Origin: Octopus vulgaris
Taxonomy: Eukaryota
NCBI GenBank assembly: GCA_951406725.2
Contig: OX597823.1
Coordinates: 36,642,001 to 36,706,000, forward strand
Reading direction: 5' to 3'
DNA: 64,000 nucleotides
Part shown: one piece after another, positions 1-12,388 of the stretch
Layout: each line of letters starts with the position of its first letter
How positions within the stretch are numbered: position 1 is the first letter of the stretch
Program-made: the position numbers and the translations under genes
Notes under the pieces: generated by a model
Told to the model about the DNA's origin: nothing
Database searches by the model: none
What the model saw: the letters and a program-made list of their open reading frames with translations, nothing else

Positions 1-1552
1 TTAAGGTACTCCTGAAATGTGAATGCAAATATAATAAAACAAGTCTCCTGAGATATGGAGTGGTTTTGGAGTATTCATAAATATCCAAAACAGTGCATAA
101 TAACATAACCCTGAAAGGGAAGAAACTGTAACCTTTCGATTAGAGACATGATCAATGTCTTGTGTATTTTGAAGTGAAACTTCATATCCTGGGCAAAAGT
201 CTTAGTGACTTTAACTTGCCAATGAAAAAATATGAGTTGTTTTTACAGAAAATGTTTCTGTTTTCACTTTTGTTAAACACAATATTTTAATCATGTAGAA
301 ATATTTTTAAGTGAATGTGATTTCAAAAATACAAGTTGTTTGTACAGTAAACATTTATATTTTAGTTTTCTTTAAATAGACAATATTTTAATTTTAAAAA
401 AAATTCTTTTCAAGGGTAAATATTTTGTAAAGGATCTGTTTGTAATTTGGTGTGAATTTTCTTCCACAGGTTTTCTTGAGTGCATTCAGTGTACCTGACC
501 TCCAAACCTGCCACAAGCCACTTTTTTTTCCAGAAAAGAAAAGGGTGGAGGGATGGGGACCTCGGAGTTTTCCAGGAAACTTTGAGTTTCTCATCAACAG
601 TTTTGTTTCACAAGTTTTTTTTTCTTTTCCAGGTTATTTCATATGCTTTCAATGAATGTAACATCGAAATCAGACATAAACTTCTTTCCCCAGAAAAGGA
701 AAGATTTGGCTGCTATTTCTAGCATGCTCTGATACCATGTAACTGTTATTTGCATTAAAGGACCCGGTATAGCTGTTATGTGCTAGCAAGGCATACTAGA
801 AATAGCAGCCGAATCGTTCCTTTTCTGGGGAAAGGAGCAGTTTATACATGATTTTGATGCTACATTCGTTGAAAGCATGTGAAATAACCTGGAAAAGAAA
901 AAAAACCCCACAAAACAAAACTCTGTTGGTAGGAAACTCCGAGATCCCCACCATACTTCTACCTCTTTCTCTTTTGGAAAAAGTGTGGCTTGTGGCAGGT
1001 TTGGAGGTCAGATACATTGAATGCACTCAAAAAAACCTATGGAAAAAAATTATTTCACACTGAGGTACGAACAGGTCCTTTATGAAATATTTACCCAAGA
1101 TGGGGACAGGCATGTGAATAGAAGGAGCAATGAAACTGATAAAGCAAGGGCTGAGCATCTGGTGGAACAGAGGGAGACAGAAGCAGGAGAGATCAGAAAT
1201 CAGACACTCGGAGAGCTGAGCATTGAGCAAAACAGAGGCGAAGAGACAAAAGCAGGAGACATCATGAATCGGATGCTCATGTGAATACAAATGGAATAAA
1301 ACAAGTTTCATGTAAATTAGATCACAGGTTACCGAGATACATAGTTTTTTCAGGTACCTTTATAAATAGCCAAACCAGTGTTTGGCTTTTTATAATGGGG
1401 AAAATGTTTTGAAAATAAGGTACCATTGAAATGTGAATACAAACAAAATAATACAAGTTTTACGTAAATCAAACCACAGCATCCTGAAACACGCAGTTTT
1501 TTTTTTGGATACCTTGAACTATTGGTGACCCAGTGGGTCATGGGTAATCTAG
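1..1552 (+). mobile_element. Composite non-autonomous Helitron-derived element (5' end probably upstream of window)
   Basis: 3' terminus tgaccc-agt-gggtca hairpin (1526-1540) followed by CTAG|T (1549-1553). Contains a RepHel-like fragment DQCLVYFEVKLHILGKSLSDFNLP (~150-222), STPR-like 23-aa repeats (~1103-1280), a ~300-bp inverted repeat and ~85-95-bp direct repeats at ~3-55, 1279-1360 and 1417-1514. Confidence 0.6.
414..1096. repeat. Long imperfect inverted repeat (arms 414-722 and 796-1096, ~73-bp spacer)
   Basis: ORFs 480..722(+) and 796..1026(-) translate to clearly homologous peptides. Outer ends gggtaaatattt...aaatatttaccc and inner ends gctgctatttctag...ctagaaatagcagc are complementary. 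Confidence 0.95.
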
Positions 1553-2140
1553 TAGTTTACTAAAACTGTTGGAAAACTGAGATAAAAATAAGCAATATCA
1601 TCAGTTTTGAAGCAGCAGATATCAGTTCCAATTAAAAAGTTATCATCTCATCAGCATTTAATTTTTCTTTCTAGTTTCTAATTACTTTTTTTTAAAATTT
1701 GTTTTGAATCTATTTAACTTGTTGGTAGAAATTCAGATTTCTCTCACTATTTTGTGATTATTAATTAACTACAGGCTATCAATTATGAGACACTGCAACT
1801 ATTTTAACATGTGCAGTCAACCATGCTGTAGATTTTCATTACTGAAAGAATTTCACCATCTTCTGACAAACCTCTTTGTTTTTCCTTAATTTTTTTTAGT
1901 AATTTTCTTTTTTATTTTCTTGAAAAGGATAAGCTTGAAAGGTATTGTGAAAATTGTAGCTAAACACACATGCGTGCGCGCGCACACACACACACACACA
2001 CACACATCCATTATACTAATCCCTTCCTTTTCCTCAGTCCCTTCCATATTCTTGCTCCCTCAACACTGTTACTTTCCCTACCACCTTTCTCTTTCACAAC
2101 TATAAATCTCTTTCTGTTATACTCCACACTCTCTAATCAC

Positions 2141-2141
<1 letters not shown>

Positions 2142-2186
<45 letters not shown>

Positions 2187-2187
2187 G
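2142..2187. repeat. (TTA)n microsatellite
   Basis: Direct reading; likely the tail of a minus-strand LINE end immediately downstream. Confidence 0.95.
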
Positions 2188-2240
2188 AGTGAGAGAGCAG
2201 TGCATGCCATCAAAGTGATACTGGGGTAAAATATACTATA

Positions 2241-2480
2241 ACCTTGGGCTGACCAAAACCTTGTGAATGGATTTGGTAGATGGGAACTGAAAGAAGCCTG
2301 TTGTGTGTGTGTATGCTTGTGTGTCTATGTCTGCATAACTTAGCGTTTCGGCAAAAGAGACCAATAGAATAAGTACTAGGCTAATAAAGAATAGGTCCTG
2401 GGATAAATCTGTTGAACTAAAGGCAGTGCTCTAGCATGGCTGCAGTCAAATGACTGAAACACGTATAAGAATAAAAGAAA
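2241..2480 (+). mobile_element. SINE family A, 5'-truncated
   Basis: Shares gaccaaagccttgtgagtggatttggtaga...aaagaagcc and gcatggctgcagtcaaatgactgaaac with the copies at 10974 and 37795. Confidence 0.85.
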
Positions 2481-2544
2481 AGAATTATTATTATTATTGT
2501 TGTTGTTGTTGCTATTATTATTATTATCATTATTATCATTATTC

Positions 2545-3650
2545 TGCACTATCAGTGCAGTTCTGTGTACCTTGAGTATGTGCATTGGTTTGTTTTGGTG
2601 TTATTTTTAGTGTATCGAAGGTGCTCTATGTAAGTGATGTGTGGTGCCAAGCAGTGTTATTTTCTATTCAATATATTCCTATGTCCAGGTGCTTTCATTG
2701 TATATTTGTCTGCATGTGTTGTTGACCTATTATTACAGGAATTGTTTGTTTTCAGGTTCCACGTTTAAGTTATTTCTGTTTCCAGATCTTAGTTTACTTA
2801 TAGTTTCATAATTTCTTTGAGAGGTACTTTGGATTGTTATGTTGATTAGAAGGTCTTTTTTCTTGGTCATTCCTCACAACAATATCTGACTTTGGTCCTT
2901 CTATCTGTGTGTATTGGCATATCCCAGAGTATGATTTGATTTGTTATTTTCTGAAATCTTTTTCGTTATATCATCACTTTTCAGTTGACATTCCATAGTG
3001 CTGACACAACTGCCAGTGTATATAAGTCCTAATTCTGTCATGTCTATGGATATATTCTTTCTTGGTTACGACTGGGCAGCCAGAGACAATATCATTTATT
3101 GTTTCCTCTCCATTCCCACATATTCTGCAGTTACTTTTACATTCTGCTTCATTATATGTTTTTGGTGGGGAGGCTCTGATCTTGTGCTTTCTTGACAATT
3201 CTTCACAGTGATATCTGGTCAATAACCCTCAATTTTCCAGTCTGTATGGATTGGCATATCCCAGACTGTGGGTTACTTTGTTATTCTCTGATACCTTTTC
3301 TATGTTTACATGAACTTGTGTCTTGATATTCCATAATGATGATGTAACTGTCAGTGTATGAAAGTTTCAACCTAGTCATACATGAAGATCCGTTCTCTCT
3401 TGGTTAAGACTGGACACCCAGAGAGAGACAAAGTAGTACATGGTTTCTTCCCAATCTCCACATATTTTGTAATGAATATATTTTGCTTCATGAAATACTT
3501 TTTATAGTTTCTGATGTGAAGGCTTTCATCTTTTGTTGCAGTAAAAATCCTTTCTCTGAGTCCTGCCTTTGTTCAGCCATTCCTACAATTTTTCTTAATT
3601 TATTTCAAGTCTTTTGATATCATTTGTTGTAAGCCTTGAAAGGAGGAAGT
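2545..3650 (-). mobile_element. R4/Dong-clade LINE remnants (two adjacent C-terminal fragments)
   Basis: ORF 2974..3222: CRICGNGEETINDIVSGCPVVTKKEYIHRHDRIRTYIHWQLCQHYG is a CCHC knuckle plus RHD motif of REL-endonuclease LINEs. The segment ttggcatatcccaga recurs at ~2915 and ~3251. Confidence 0.8.
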
Positions 3651-5207
3651 GAATAACCATTTCAAAATGATGGTCTTGCAGATGAAATCCTGCAGATTGA
3701 GATGCATAGAAGTAAGCACTTCATTGTGTATAGACTCATCCAAACAATGGATGTTGAGAAAAAGCAGATGTTTAACTGATTATTAGAATGATTATAAAAG
3801 TATGTGTTATTTTTAAATCTATGTATATTGTGTTAGCTATTGCAACTGTATTGTGTCTCGAGGCAAGATGTGTCTGTTTTTTGCTTCAGCTTAGCTTGCT
3901 AAAAATAGTTGCCACTCCCACTTTACGCTTGCATGATTAACAGCAAGAGCATCAAGAGGTGGTGGTGGGGAAACACATCAAAACAAACCTCTCAATTCTC
4001 CTCATGCAACAAAATGTTTAAACCTCTCAGATTTGGAGAGAGGAAAATACAAAGTGTGGAGAAAATGCTCATCATCATTTTTATCATTGTCATTGTCATT
4101 TCAATAGCTGCATCTTTTGAATTATGGTACAGCTTCATTGGGACTGCCATTGAGCATATCAACAGTTTGCATGCGCACATACATTCAAATGCACCCAATG
4201 TCTGTAATTATGAGTCTTTCTGTACAGGTTTTTTTGTGTACTGAAGTGGTGCTCCATCATGGCCTTATTCATGATGAGTAAAACAAAGTAAATAACATTG
4301 TCTGTAATTTGTCTTCTTTATAGTTACTGACACTGCTGATTCTTCTTTAAGATGTCTTAACAACACCTTGCCATCACTGAAGAAATATAAAATGGACTCT
4401 TGGTGTAAAATATGGAGTCTTTGAGATTCTGTAAAAGTTCCTTTGTTTCTAACTTATCTTCAGATCTCACTTCACACACACTATGTATTTGGCTTTGATT
4501 CCAAGTGGGCTTCAGCTTAATTCTTACTTCCTTTTTTGTAATCATATTCTTCTTTGGGTGTATAATTAACAAGCTGTCAACTGCAAACCTGTTGTCCTGT
4601 CAGATTCTATCAAAATCTTTCATTTGAAAGATTTTCAAGGATTCTCCTGCTGCTGCAATGATGATTTACAGGAATTTATGGCTGAAACTTAAACTACTTC
4701 TGAAGTCATAATACAGTAAAATGAGAAGACTATTGTGATACAGTAATGATTTCTTTTGCTTGATACACACCTGGTTTTGCCAGATCAAGGACAATTGCTG
4801 ATGAAACTGATCCCTGTAGGATTTAGACTATCATAATACTGAAGCATTGAATTTTGCTCTCCATATCTCCTGAAACGTGATATAGTAACATTCAATACAG
4901 CATTTTGATTTAGCTAAATGTTGTTCATGCATGCTGTCTACCTTTCAATGTTAGTTGTAAGTTTGTTCCACAGGTGTACAATTATTCAGCTAAGGGAATG
5001 GGCTCACAGTCTCAGTAACATTCTGTCAATGTTAAACATTACCTATAAGGGAAGCATTCTGGCTCTTGGCTTGTGTTTTTAATTCATAACCCAGTTTAAC
5101 ACCACCACCTGGTCCTTGAATACCTTTTAGCAGAGTCCACTCTTTTGTTACTCAGTTTAACACCACTATCTGGTCCTTGGGTAACTTTAGCAAGCACAGA
5201 CATGTAA

Positions 5208-5340
5208 AGGCATGTGGCCTAGTTGTTAAGGTGTTGGGCTGACAATCAGGTAGTTATGGATTCTGCTCATGACCCAGGCAGTGTGTCGTGTTCTTGAGTA
5301 CGGCACTTCATTTGCTGTTGCCTCAGTCTACTCGGCCTGG
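5208..5340 (+). mobile_element. tRNA-derived SINE head (CORE/V-like family D), degraded
   Basis: ggcatgtggcctagttgttaaggtg (box A-like) and gtgtcgtgttcttgag...cacttca core. A related minus-strand body fragment lies at ~6930-7035. Confidence 0.5.
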
Positions 5341-7194
5341 TTCTGGTGCTGCTTTGTTCAGCAACACCAGAACAAACTGTCACATCATGGATATTACACT
5401 TGGTCAAAGGTGAGACAGTGAAGAGAGTGCCCGTGTCTTACCACCATCACCACCATATAGCCACCAAAAAACAAGCAAAACTGGGTTACAAGCTATCAGT
5501 CTTACTTGTTGGCAAGTAATGGCTACACTTGCTTATATATTTGTGTGTGTGTGTGTACCTAACACATTGAGTTGTAATTAGTTATCTGTAATAATGTCAA
5601 GTGTGTAACAATTTATAAGTTACATAAGTGGATGTGATAACAGTTGTAAATGTATGGAAGCTGTGTATTAAATGTTTGTGTGCGCATGTGTGCTAAAAGA
5701 AGCATTCTGTGGCTATAAAATTAGGTATATAATTTTAAAGACTCTCTCCTTTGTAAGTATATTTCATAATATACATACAGCTTGCTGACAAATAAGCTTA
5801 ATTTCTTAAGAATTATCACAAGTTCTGCAATTTCATATTGTCGATTAGGTTTTTGTTTTGTTTTGTTTTTGATGTTATTAGGGCAGAACAACACGATAGC
5901 ATAAAACCTGGCACCACAAGAGTTTGGCAAAGTTTCAAATACCATTTCACTTATTCTTTTTTCCTTCTAGTTTTTATCAGACTAGTATTTTTTCTCCCTT
6001 GTTTCTAAAGATAAATATCTTGTAGTAGCTTCTTGTCCATTACACACACGCACACACACACACAGACACACACATGCACGCACCCACTCCCTCTCTCTTT
6101 TCTACAGTTGCCCACTCTTACACTATTCTCTTCTATTGTATACATGTAACGTTGTTATGAAATCCTTTTTCTTCTTTATCTGATTTATTAAAAACATTTC
6201 TGGTTGTTTTGTTATTTTTTTTTCTTCCTGTCTTAAGTATTCACAAACTCCATCTTGCAAACTTCACCATTTTAGTTTCTTGCTTATGAAGATATTTTCA
6301 TAACCATTTACTGTTTATTTTTGCTGTAAGAGCTTGGGCAAGAATTGGTAATGATTTTTTATCTCCCCCTACTCCTTTTCATCCTTTTTACTCTGTTTTT
6401 AGACAATTCAACAATTATATATTTTTTCTTTCGATGGTAATTTCTCCAAGAATCCATTCTCCCACTGAAGTAAATTTAAATTCTCACCAAAATACAGAAT
6501 TAAGAACAATCCATCATTAGTTATCACCTAATTATTAATTATTAATAATATTAATACGTTAACTTTGTTTTTGTACATACCTGTTGTGTATGTCACACTT
6601 ACTTCAAAGAAGTGGCAGAGGGAGAGAGAGGAAGAAGGAGTGAGAGAAAAAGAGAGTGTGAGAGAGAAAGTGAGAAAGAGAGAGTGAAAGAGACAGTGGT
6701 GAGTGGTAATGGCGTTCATTTTGTGTTTTTAAATGTTTATCACATCGCAAGAGAAGTAGATAGGAGAGAAGAGGGACACAAACGAAGTGAAAGAGAGAGA
6801 AAGTGAGAGAGACAGTGGATGCATAAATCCAAAGAAAAGTTCATATATAAATACATAGACACAGCAAATATTAGCTGTCAATTTCACTTTTCATTACCAC
6901 ACGAGGATAAAATAAAATTAAATCACAAATGGCTGAATACTCCACAAACATGCATAATATTGATGTAGTTCTCAGGGAGATTCAGCCTCACACAGAATAT
7001 GACAAGGCTGGCGCCTTTGAGTTACAGCTACAACTTGAGACATATATATATGAATGTATTTGTGTGTGTGTATAGTTTAGGTTAGTTAAAGTATGTTTGC
7101 AATAATAAGTGTTGCATGGTGGAAATAAACGCAATTACCAAACTTTCATTCATAAATCCATTATTTCGTTTTCTTGCATTTCAATTTGTACATT

Positions 7195-7893
7195 TGTACC
7201 CAGAAATTTTCAACAACTGCTTGCCAGATGAAATGGAGAAACGAGTAATTTTATCTCCTAAAAATTCTGACTGTCTTGCAATAAATGAAAAAGTTCTTAA
7301 TATTTTACCAGAGGCACTTAAAACATACTTAAGCACAGATTCAGTGTCCTCCAATAATGAAGAGGAGGTTCAGAACTATCCATTTGAATTCATAAACTCA
7401 CTCACTCGATCCAGTATGCCTCCTCATCGCCTAAACTTCAAAGTGGGGACTATTGTAATGCTGCTAAGAAATTTTTCGATCAGTCAAGGATTATGTAATG
7501 GAACTCGCATGAAAGTGCAAAGACTTCATGAACATTGTGTAGAGGCATCATTGGTATCAGGCTCCAACAGAAGTCGTACAGTTCTAATTCCTAGAATTAA
7601 ACTTAGCCCAAATGATGCAGATATACCATTCACACTAAACAGGCTTCAGTTTCCACTTCGACTTGCATATTCAGTGACAATTAATAAGGCTCAAGGGCAA
7701 ACATTTGAAAATAGTTGGATTACATTTTCCTCAACCGGTATTTTCTCATGGCCAATTATGTGTTGCATTTTCAAGAGCACGAGCTATGAACAATATCAAA
7801 GTAAGAGTTATGACACTCAATTGGGATAACAGACAAAGCCAAAAATGTGTTGTGACATACACACAAAATATTGTCTACCATGAAGTGCTGTGA
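7195..7893 (+). pseudogene. Helitron RepHel PIF1-like helicase C-terminal fragment, frameshifted at ~7705-7712
   Basis: ILSPKN, PPHRLNFKVGTIVMLLRN, GLCNGTR, IPRIKL, QFPLRLAYSVTINKAQGQT in ORF 7116..7829, continuing in another frame with PVFSHGQLCVAFSR and TQNIVYHEVL* (ORF 7705..7893). No introns. Confidence 0.92.
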
Positions 7894-8059
7894 AGAAGAC
7901 CACCACACCAGCTAGCGTCACCACCACACTAGCCGCTCCATCATTACGCATCCAAATTACACCCTTAAGGTCGGGGAACCAGTTAGGGGCTCGCTGGATC
8001 TCTCTTGGCATACCAGCAAACCACAAAATCACACTAGCCAGCATCACCACTACCTCCAA

Positions 8060-8295
8060 GCCCGTCATATATATGTATGTACATATGTATGTATGTGTGT
8101 GTTTGTGTCTGTGTTTGCTCCACTACCACCACCATTGCTTAACAGCCGATGTTGGTGCATTTAGCTGTTCAGCAGAAAAGAATGATAGAATAAGTACCAG
8201 GCTTACGGGGAATAAGTCCAGGGCTCAATTTCTTCTACTAAAGGGTGCTGTTCCAGCATGGCCACTGTCAAATAATTGAAACAAGTAAAAGAATA
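8060..8295 (+). mobile_element. SINE family A, 3' half
   Basis: aagcccgtc-(TG)n-gatgttggtg...gaataagtacc...gcatggccactgtcaa...aaacaagtaaaagaat. Confidence 0.8.
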
Positions 8296-8469
8296 CCAGA
8301 AAAGCATTCCGTACCACTAAACCAAGAAGGTTCTTTGAATATGTATGATGTATTTTAAGGTTAAATAGTAATTCTGTTTACGGTTGTGTAACTGAGATAT
8401 TTTGGTTGGATTATATAGTCATTGGTATTACATTACTTTCTATATTCTGTAACTGTCACAATATAATTT

Positions 8470-8660
8470 TTTAGGCCTGAAATTTTTGTGGATAGGGTGG
8501 CCAGTTGATTAGATCGACCCCAGTGCACGACTGGTACTTAATTTACTGATCCCAAAAGGACGAATGGCAAAGTCGACCATGGCAGAATTTGAACTCAGAA
8601 TGTAAAGACAGACAGTCATGATATACAAACATTTCCCATGGCACCAGTACGCTGTTTACA
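8470..8660 (-). mobile_element. SINE family B, reverse orientation
   Basis: Reverse complement of gtctttacattctgagttcaaattctgccatggtcgactttgcc...aagtaccag. Confidence 0.8.
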
Positions 8661-9019
8661 GATGGTGAAGTCTTGGTCTTGAGTGCTGAAGTGAAAGTCA
8701 TACAATTCGTGTGCAATATGAACCAAGAGGACAATGTGTATGAGTTGCTGCTTGACATGATATAAAATGGGGGAGATGATTGGAAAACTGGATGGAATTT
8801 AAATTGTTAGTCATGTTATTTCTGATGGGTTAATCAAGTGAGTAGGAAATTTGAGTTTTTGATTACCCAGCATTTGAATTTAAACATACACTGGTACTAC
8901 ACTTGATATGTTTAGTAATAGTCATTGTTGTATTGACTAGCTGGCAGCCTGGGGGGTGGGGGATCATCTCAACCAATATGCCATTATGGGTGCTGCTGGA
9001 TGATGGATTCTGGTGATGA

Positions 9020-9480
9020 TGTTATTCTACACTTCCTTATCCATGATGCTGGCCTTAGTATGCTCATGGTCTAAGTGGTGCAACTTCAGGTCTTCCTCAA
9101 TTTGTTTTGCCCATGAGACAATGTTGGAATTAGATTTGAGTTCTTAATAACTTTCAGGAAGTAGTTTCATCTTTTTTACTCAGATGTTTAGCTTATTGAT
9201 TCCATAGTAGCCAGTATTGGTGTAAGTAGGTGTAGAGCTAGTTTACAGTCTGATGTATCTAGGAAGAGTAAACAAGGCAAAGATCAGCCACCGACAGCGA
9301 AGGGGTATAGGTATAATAGATAGTTCAACAACATCTAGGCTACAGGTGTGTTTTTGACTCAATTCTCTGACTGTTTCATACACTGAAGATCAACTACAAA
9401 ATTACTGGTACATTCCACTGGGTGAGTTAAAATCCCTCCACCTCCAGTATTATGTAGGAAACTATTGATTACTTTAATAA
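9020..9480 (-). mobile_element. Highly degraded non-LTR retroelement fragment
   Basis: Minus-strand SWAKQIEEDLK resembles the C-terminal W..I.EDL motif of RTE-like LINEs; many stops. Confidence 0.3.
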
Positions 9481-10641
9481 ATCATCATATGCATGAAACA
9501 AAATGAAAACAAAGACATACATATTCATTCTTCCAACAGATTTGATCATGCATACCCTAGTCACTGTTATGTTTCACAGCTTCAGCAATATTATTCTGCC
9601 TATCATAAACTATTTTAAATGACATGTTACAACTGGAAGATATGGTCTGCAACTTAGGTGACAAAATTTGTTTTGGCTTTTGAGCTAATGACCAACATAG
9701 TACTTGAGACTTGAATATGTTACAAGTTTGAAATTACTATTTGTATAGTCTTTGAGGTGTGTATGGTTGTAAATCATGAGATTTACCATGCCGGGGACGA
9801 AGACTAAGTTGAGCTTGATTCACCGGAGAAGACTAAGTTGAGCTTGGTTCGCCTGATAGTCAGTATAGTGCTTTCTTTGTCATTATTGTCATCACTCGCA
9901 CCCTGGTATGTTCTTAATGTGGTTTGATTAGTTAATTTACTGTTGAAATAACACATCACTAGAATCTCTGAGATTTTTACATGTTCATTATTATTTTTAC
10001 TTTTATAATTGCCTAATTATCATAGTCAGATGTTTTTGTTTTTTCCTAATTTACAGGTAGATATTTTTTCTTATGTTTAGTTCTTATTTATTACTTATTG
10101 TTTCTGGTTTTATTTTTATTGTAAAGAATACAAAGTCACAGGAGGTTTCTCTCCCTACCCTCTCTCTCAAATGACAGATGAGATCCTTAGTGCCAAATTG
10201 GATTTTGTTTGAAATATGACTGTTTCTTTATCAACTAAACAAAATTGTTGGTGATATGTGTTTCATGCCACATAACTTTCTACTGTGCCTAATGTGTAAG
10301 GTTGAAGGTTCTTTTTTATGAAAGTTATTTGACATTTATTAAATGAATTATATTATGAGAAATTAAAATATAGGCAAGTTAAATATTACTGACAGATCAT
10401 TTATTGTCCCTTTTATTTTCCAATTAGGACTGTTTACCTCTTTGTCTGGTTTATATCAGAAATCCTGAGGCTTAACTTAATATTAAAATCCTGAGTTGGT
10501 TTTTTTTTTGTTTTTTTAAACCTTTTATTGCTATATTGCTAATGGAATAATACACTATCACTGTGTTTCAAATAGTTTTGGAAATAATCAAAAGTTTGGA
10601 TGGCTTTTGTAAAGTAAATATTAATATTTTTCAATATTAAA

Positions 10642-10855
10642 GGCGGTGAGCTGACAGAATTATTAGCATACTGGGCAAAATGCTTAGCAGCATTTTGTCT
10701 GTCTTTACATTCTGAGTTCAAATTCTGCTGTGGTCAACTTTGCCTTTCGTCCTTTTGGGGTTGATAAAGTAAGTACCATTTGGACACTGGGGTTGATGTA
10801 AACCAGCTGAACCTCTCCCCTGAAATTGCTGGTCTTGTGCCAAAGTTTGAAACCA
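10642..10855 (+). mobile_element. SINE family B, full length (tRNA head plus Meta-domain-like core)
   Basis: ggcggtgagctgacagaa...box B-like gagttcaaattc, core gtcaactttgcctttcgtccttttggggttgataaagtaagtacc, end gtgccaaagtttgaaacca. About 20 related copies in the window. Confidence 0.88.
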
Positions 10856-10973
10856 GTATATATAGTATTAAGCTAACATTTAGAATGCAAGTCCTCACAT
10901 GAAATTATGGTGAAAGATTCTAAGTTAGACAGAATCCTTTTAAAACTTGATGGTTTCTTTTTTTTTAATTATA

Positions 10974-11129
10974 GGTGCAGGAGTGGTTGTGTGAATAGAA
11001 GCTTGCTTCTCAACCACATGCTTCTGGGTTTAGTCCCACTGCGTAACACTTTAGGCAAGTGTCTTCTACTTTAGCCTCAGGCTGACCAAAGCCTCATGAG
11101 TGGATTTGGTAGATAGAAACTGAAAGAAG

Positions 11130-11176
<47 letters not shown>

Positions 11177-11405
11177 GTGTGTGTGTGTGTGTGTGTTTGT
11201 CTCCCCCCCCACCTTCGCTTGACAACTGATGTTGGTGTGTTTGCGTCCCTGTAACTTAGTGGCTCAGGAAAAGAGACCAATAGAATAAGTACTAGGTTTA
11301 CAAAGAATAAGTCCTGGGGTCTATTTGTTTGACTAAAAGTGGTGCTCCAGCATGGCTGCAGTCAAATGAATGAAACAAATAAAAGAAAAAAAAGGGAAAA
11401 AGAAT
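10974..11405 (+). mobile_element. SINE family A, full length (tRNA-derived head, internal TA/TG microsatellite, A-rich tail)
   Basis: ggtgcaggagtggttgtgtg (box A-like), gggtttagtcccactg (box B-like), conserved body shared with 37795-38185, tail aataaaagaaaaaa. Confidence 0.9.
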
Positions 11406-12299
11406 AGAACAAGGACTGGTCTCTAGTGGGTTGATATTAGAAAGGTTAAAGGCTTCATGTTGTTTATTCTGAATTCTGAAAATGTATGAGTATCAGGTAC
11501 AGTTCAATTCTATTTTGTAAGCAGTTTTCTTGAGTTTTATGGTAGTCTCCTTTAGTGAATGAGAATTCATCTTGTTGAACAACTTGCATGATGATATTAT
11601 TATAGTGAGCGTGGTTTGTGCAGAGCTATTCTTACTCCCTCATCCTTCAAACTTGTATTGGTCTGGTGCAACAAATGTCATGAGCCTAGTAGTTATTGCA
11701 ATGCAATACAAACTTCACTTCTCCCCTCTGTTCTTTCTTATCCATCTCCCATTCTCCCATTCTGGGCTATGGGTAGTGACCTTCTTTGTAAACAAATATC
11801 TAAAGAGAAAAATAAATACCTTGTTATATCCCTGGTTACTGATAATTAAAACTTCCAGTCTCTTAATAGTTCAAATATATGTTGTTTAGAATATTGAAAC
11901 TAATTGCTCTCTGTGCGATTTGGTTGTTTAACAATCTGCTTGTAAACACCAGCCAGTGAAACATGCCACATGTGCGCACGTACATGCACGCACGCACAAT
12001 CTCTCCCTCCCCTGCTCTCTCAAAGGGAGGCTCAACAAACAAATGTCTGCAACAGTGATTGTTAAATCATCCCATGGGAATTAATGAAAACTTCTTGTTT
12101 AATTCACCAGGGAATTTTAGATTCCATTATCCTTGTGCTTTTTGTCCTTTTCTTTGTTTCACCCCCCCTTCCTCTACATTGAGTTTTCCTCTCATTGGTT
12201 TCTATTAAAAATCTATTCTGTTTTAAACAAAGTTTAAACCATTCCCTGTGTATTCTCAAGTTAGTGAGAGAGGAACTATGGTAATTCTTGCAGTACACC

Positions 12300-12388
12300 T
12301 GAAAAATAAATGGGTGAGTTATGGTTGGAGTGACTTTCATCATAGGTTTGTTGTGCTGAGGCTGACCTAGGGCTAAATAACAGCAACT
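12300..12388 (+). mobile_element. SINE 3' tail fragment
   Basis: catcataggtttg...gctgacctagggctaaataacagcaac; related degraded tail at ~33440-33505. Confidence 0.4.

Noticed and set aside
3900-4580. hAT-like transposase relic or host exons
   Set aside because: Only vague similarity (GLNILLHEE...HHHLL); no convincing motif, TIR or splice pair.
4797-4830. Hammerhead core CTGATGA
   Set aside because: No properly placed stem II plus GAAA; likewise at ~47375.
7116-7893. Host PIF1 helicase gene
   Set aside because: Intronless, frameshifted, N-terminally truncated and ending in the Helitron-typical TxNIVYxEVL; a transposon remnant.
10974-11045. tRNA gene
   Set aside because: tRNA-like head continues into a SINE body and tail repeated many times; no clean cloverleaf or Pol III terminator.
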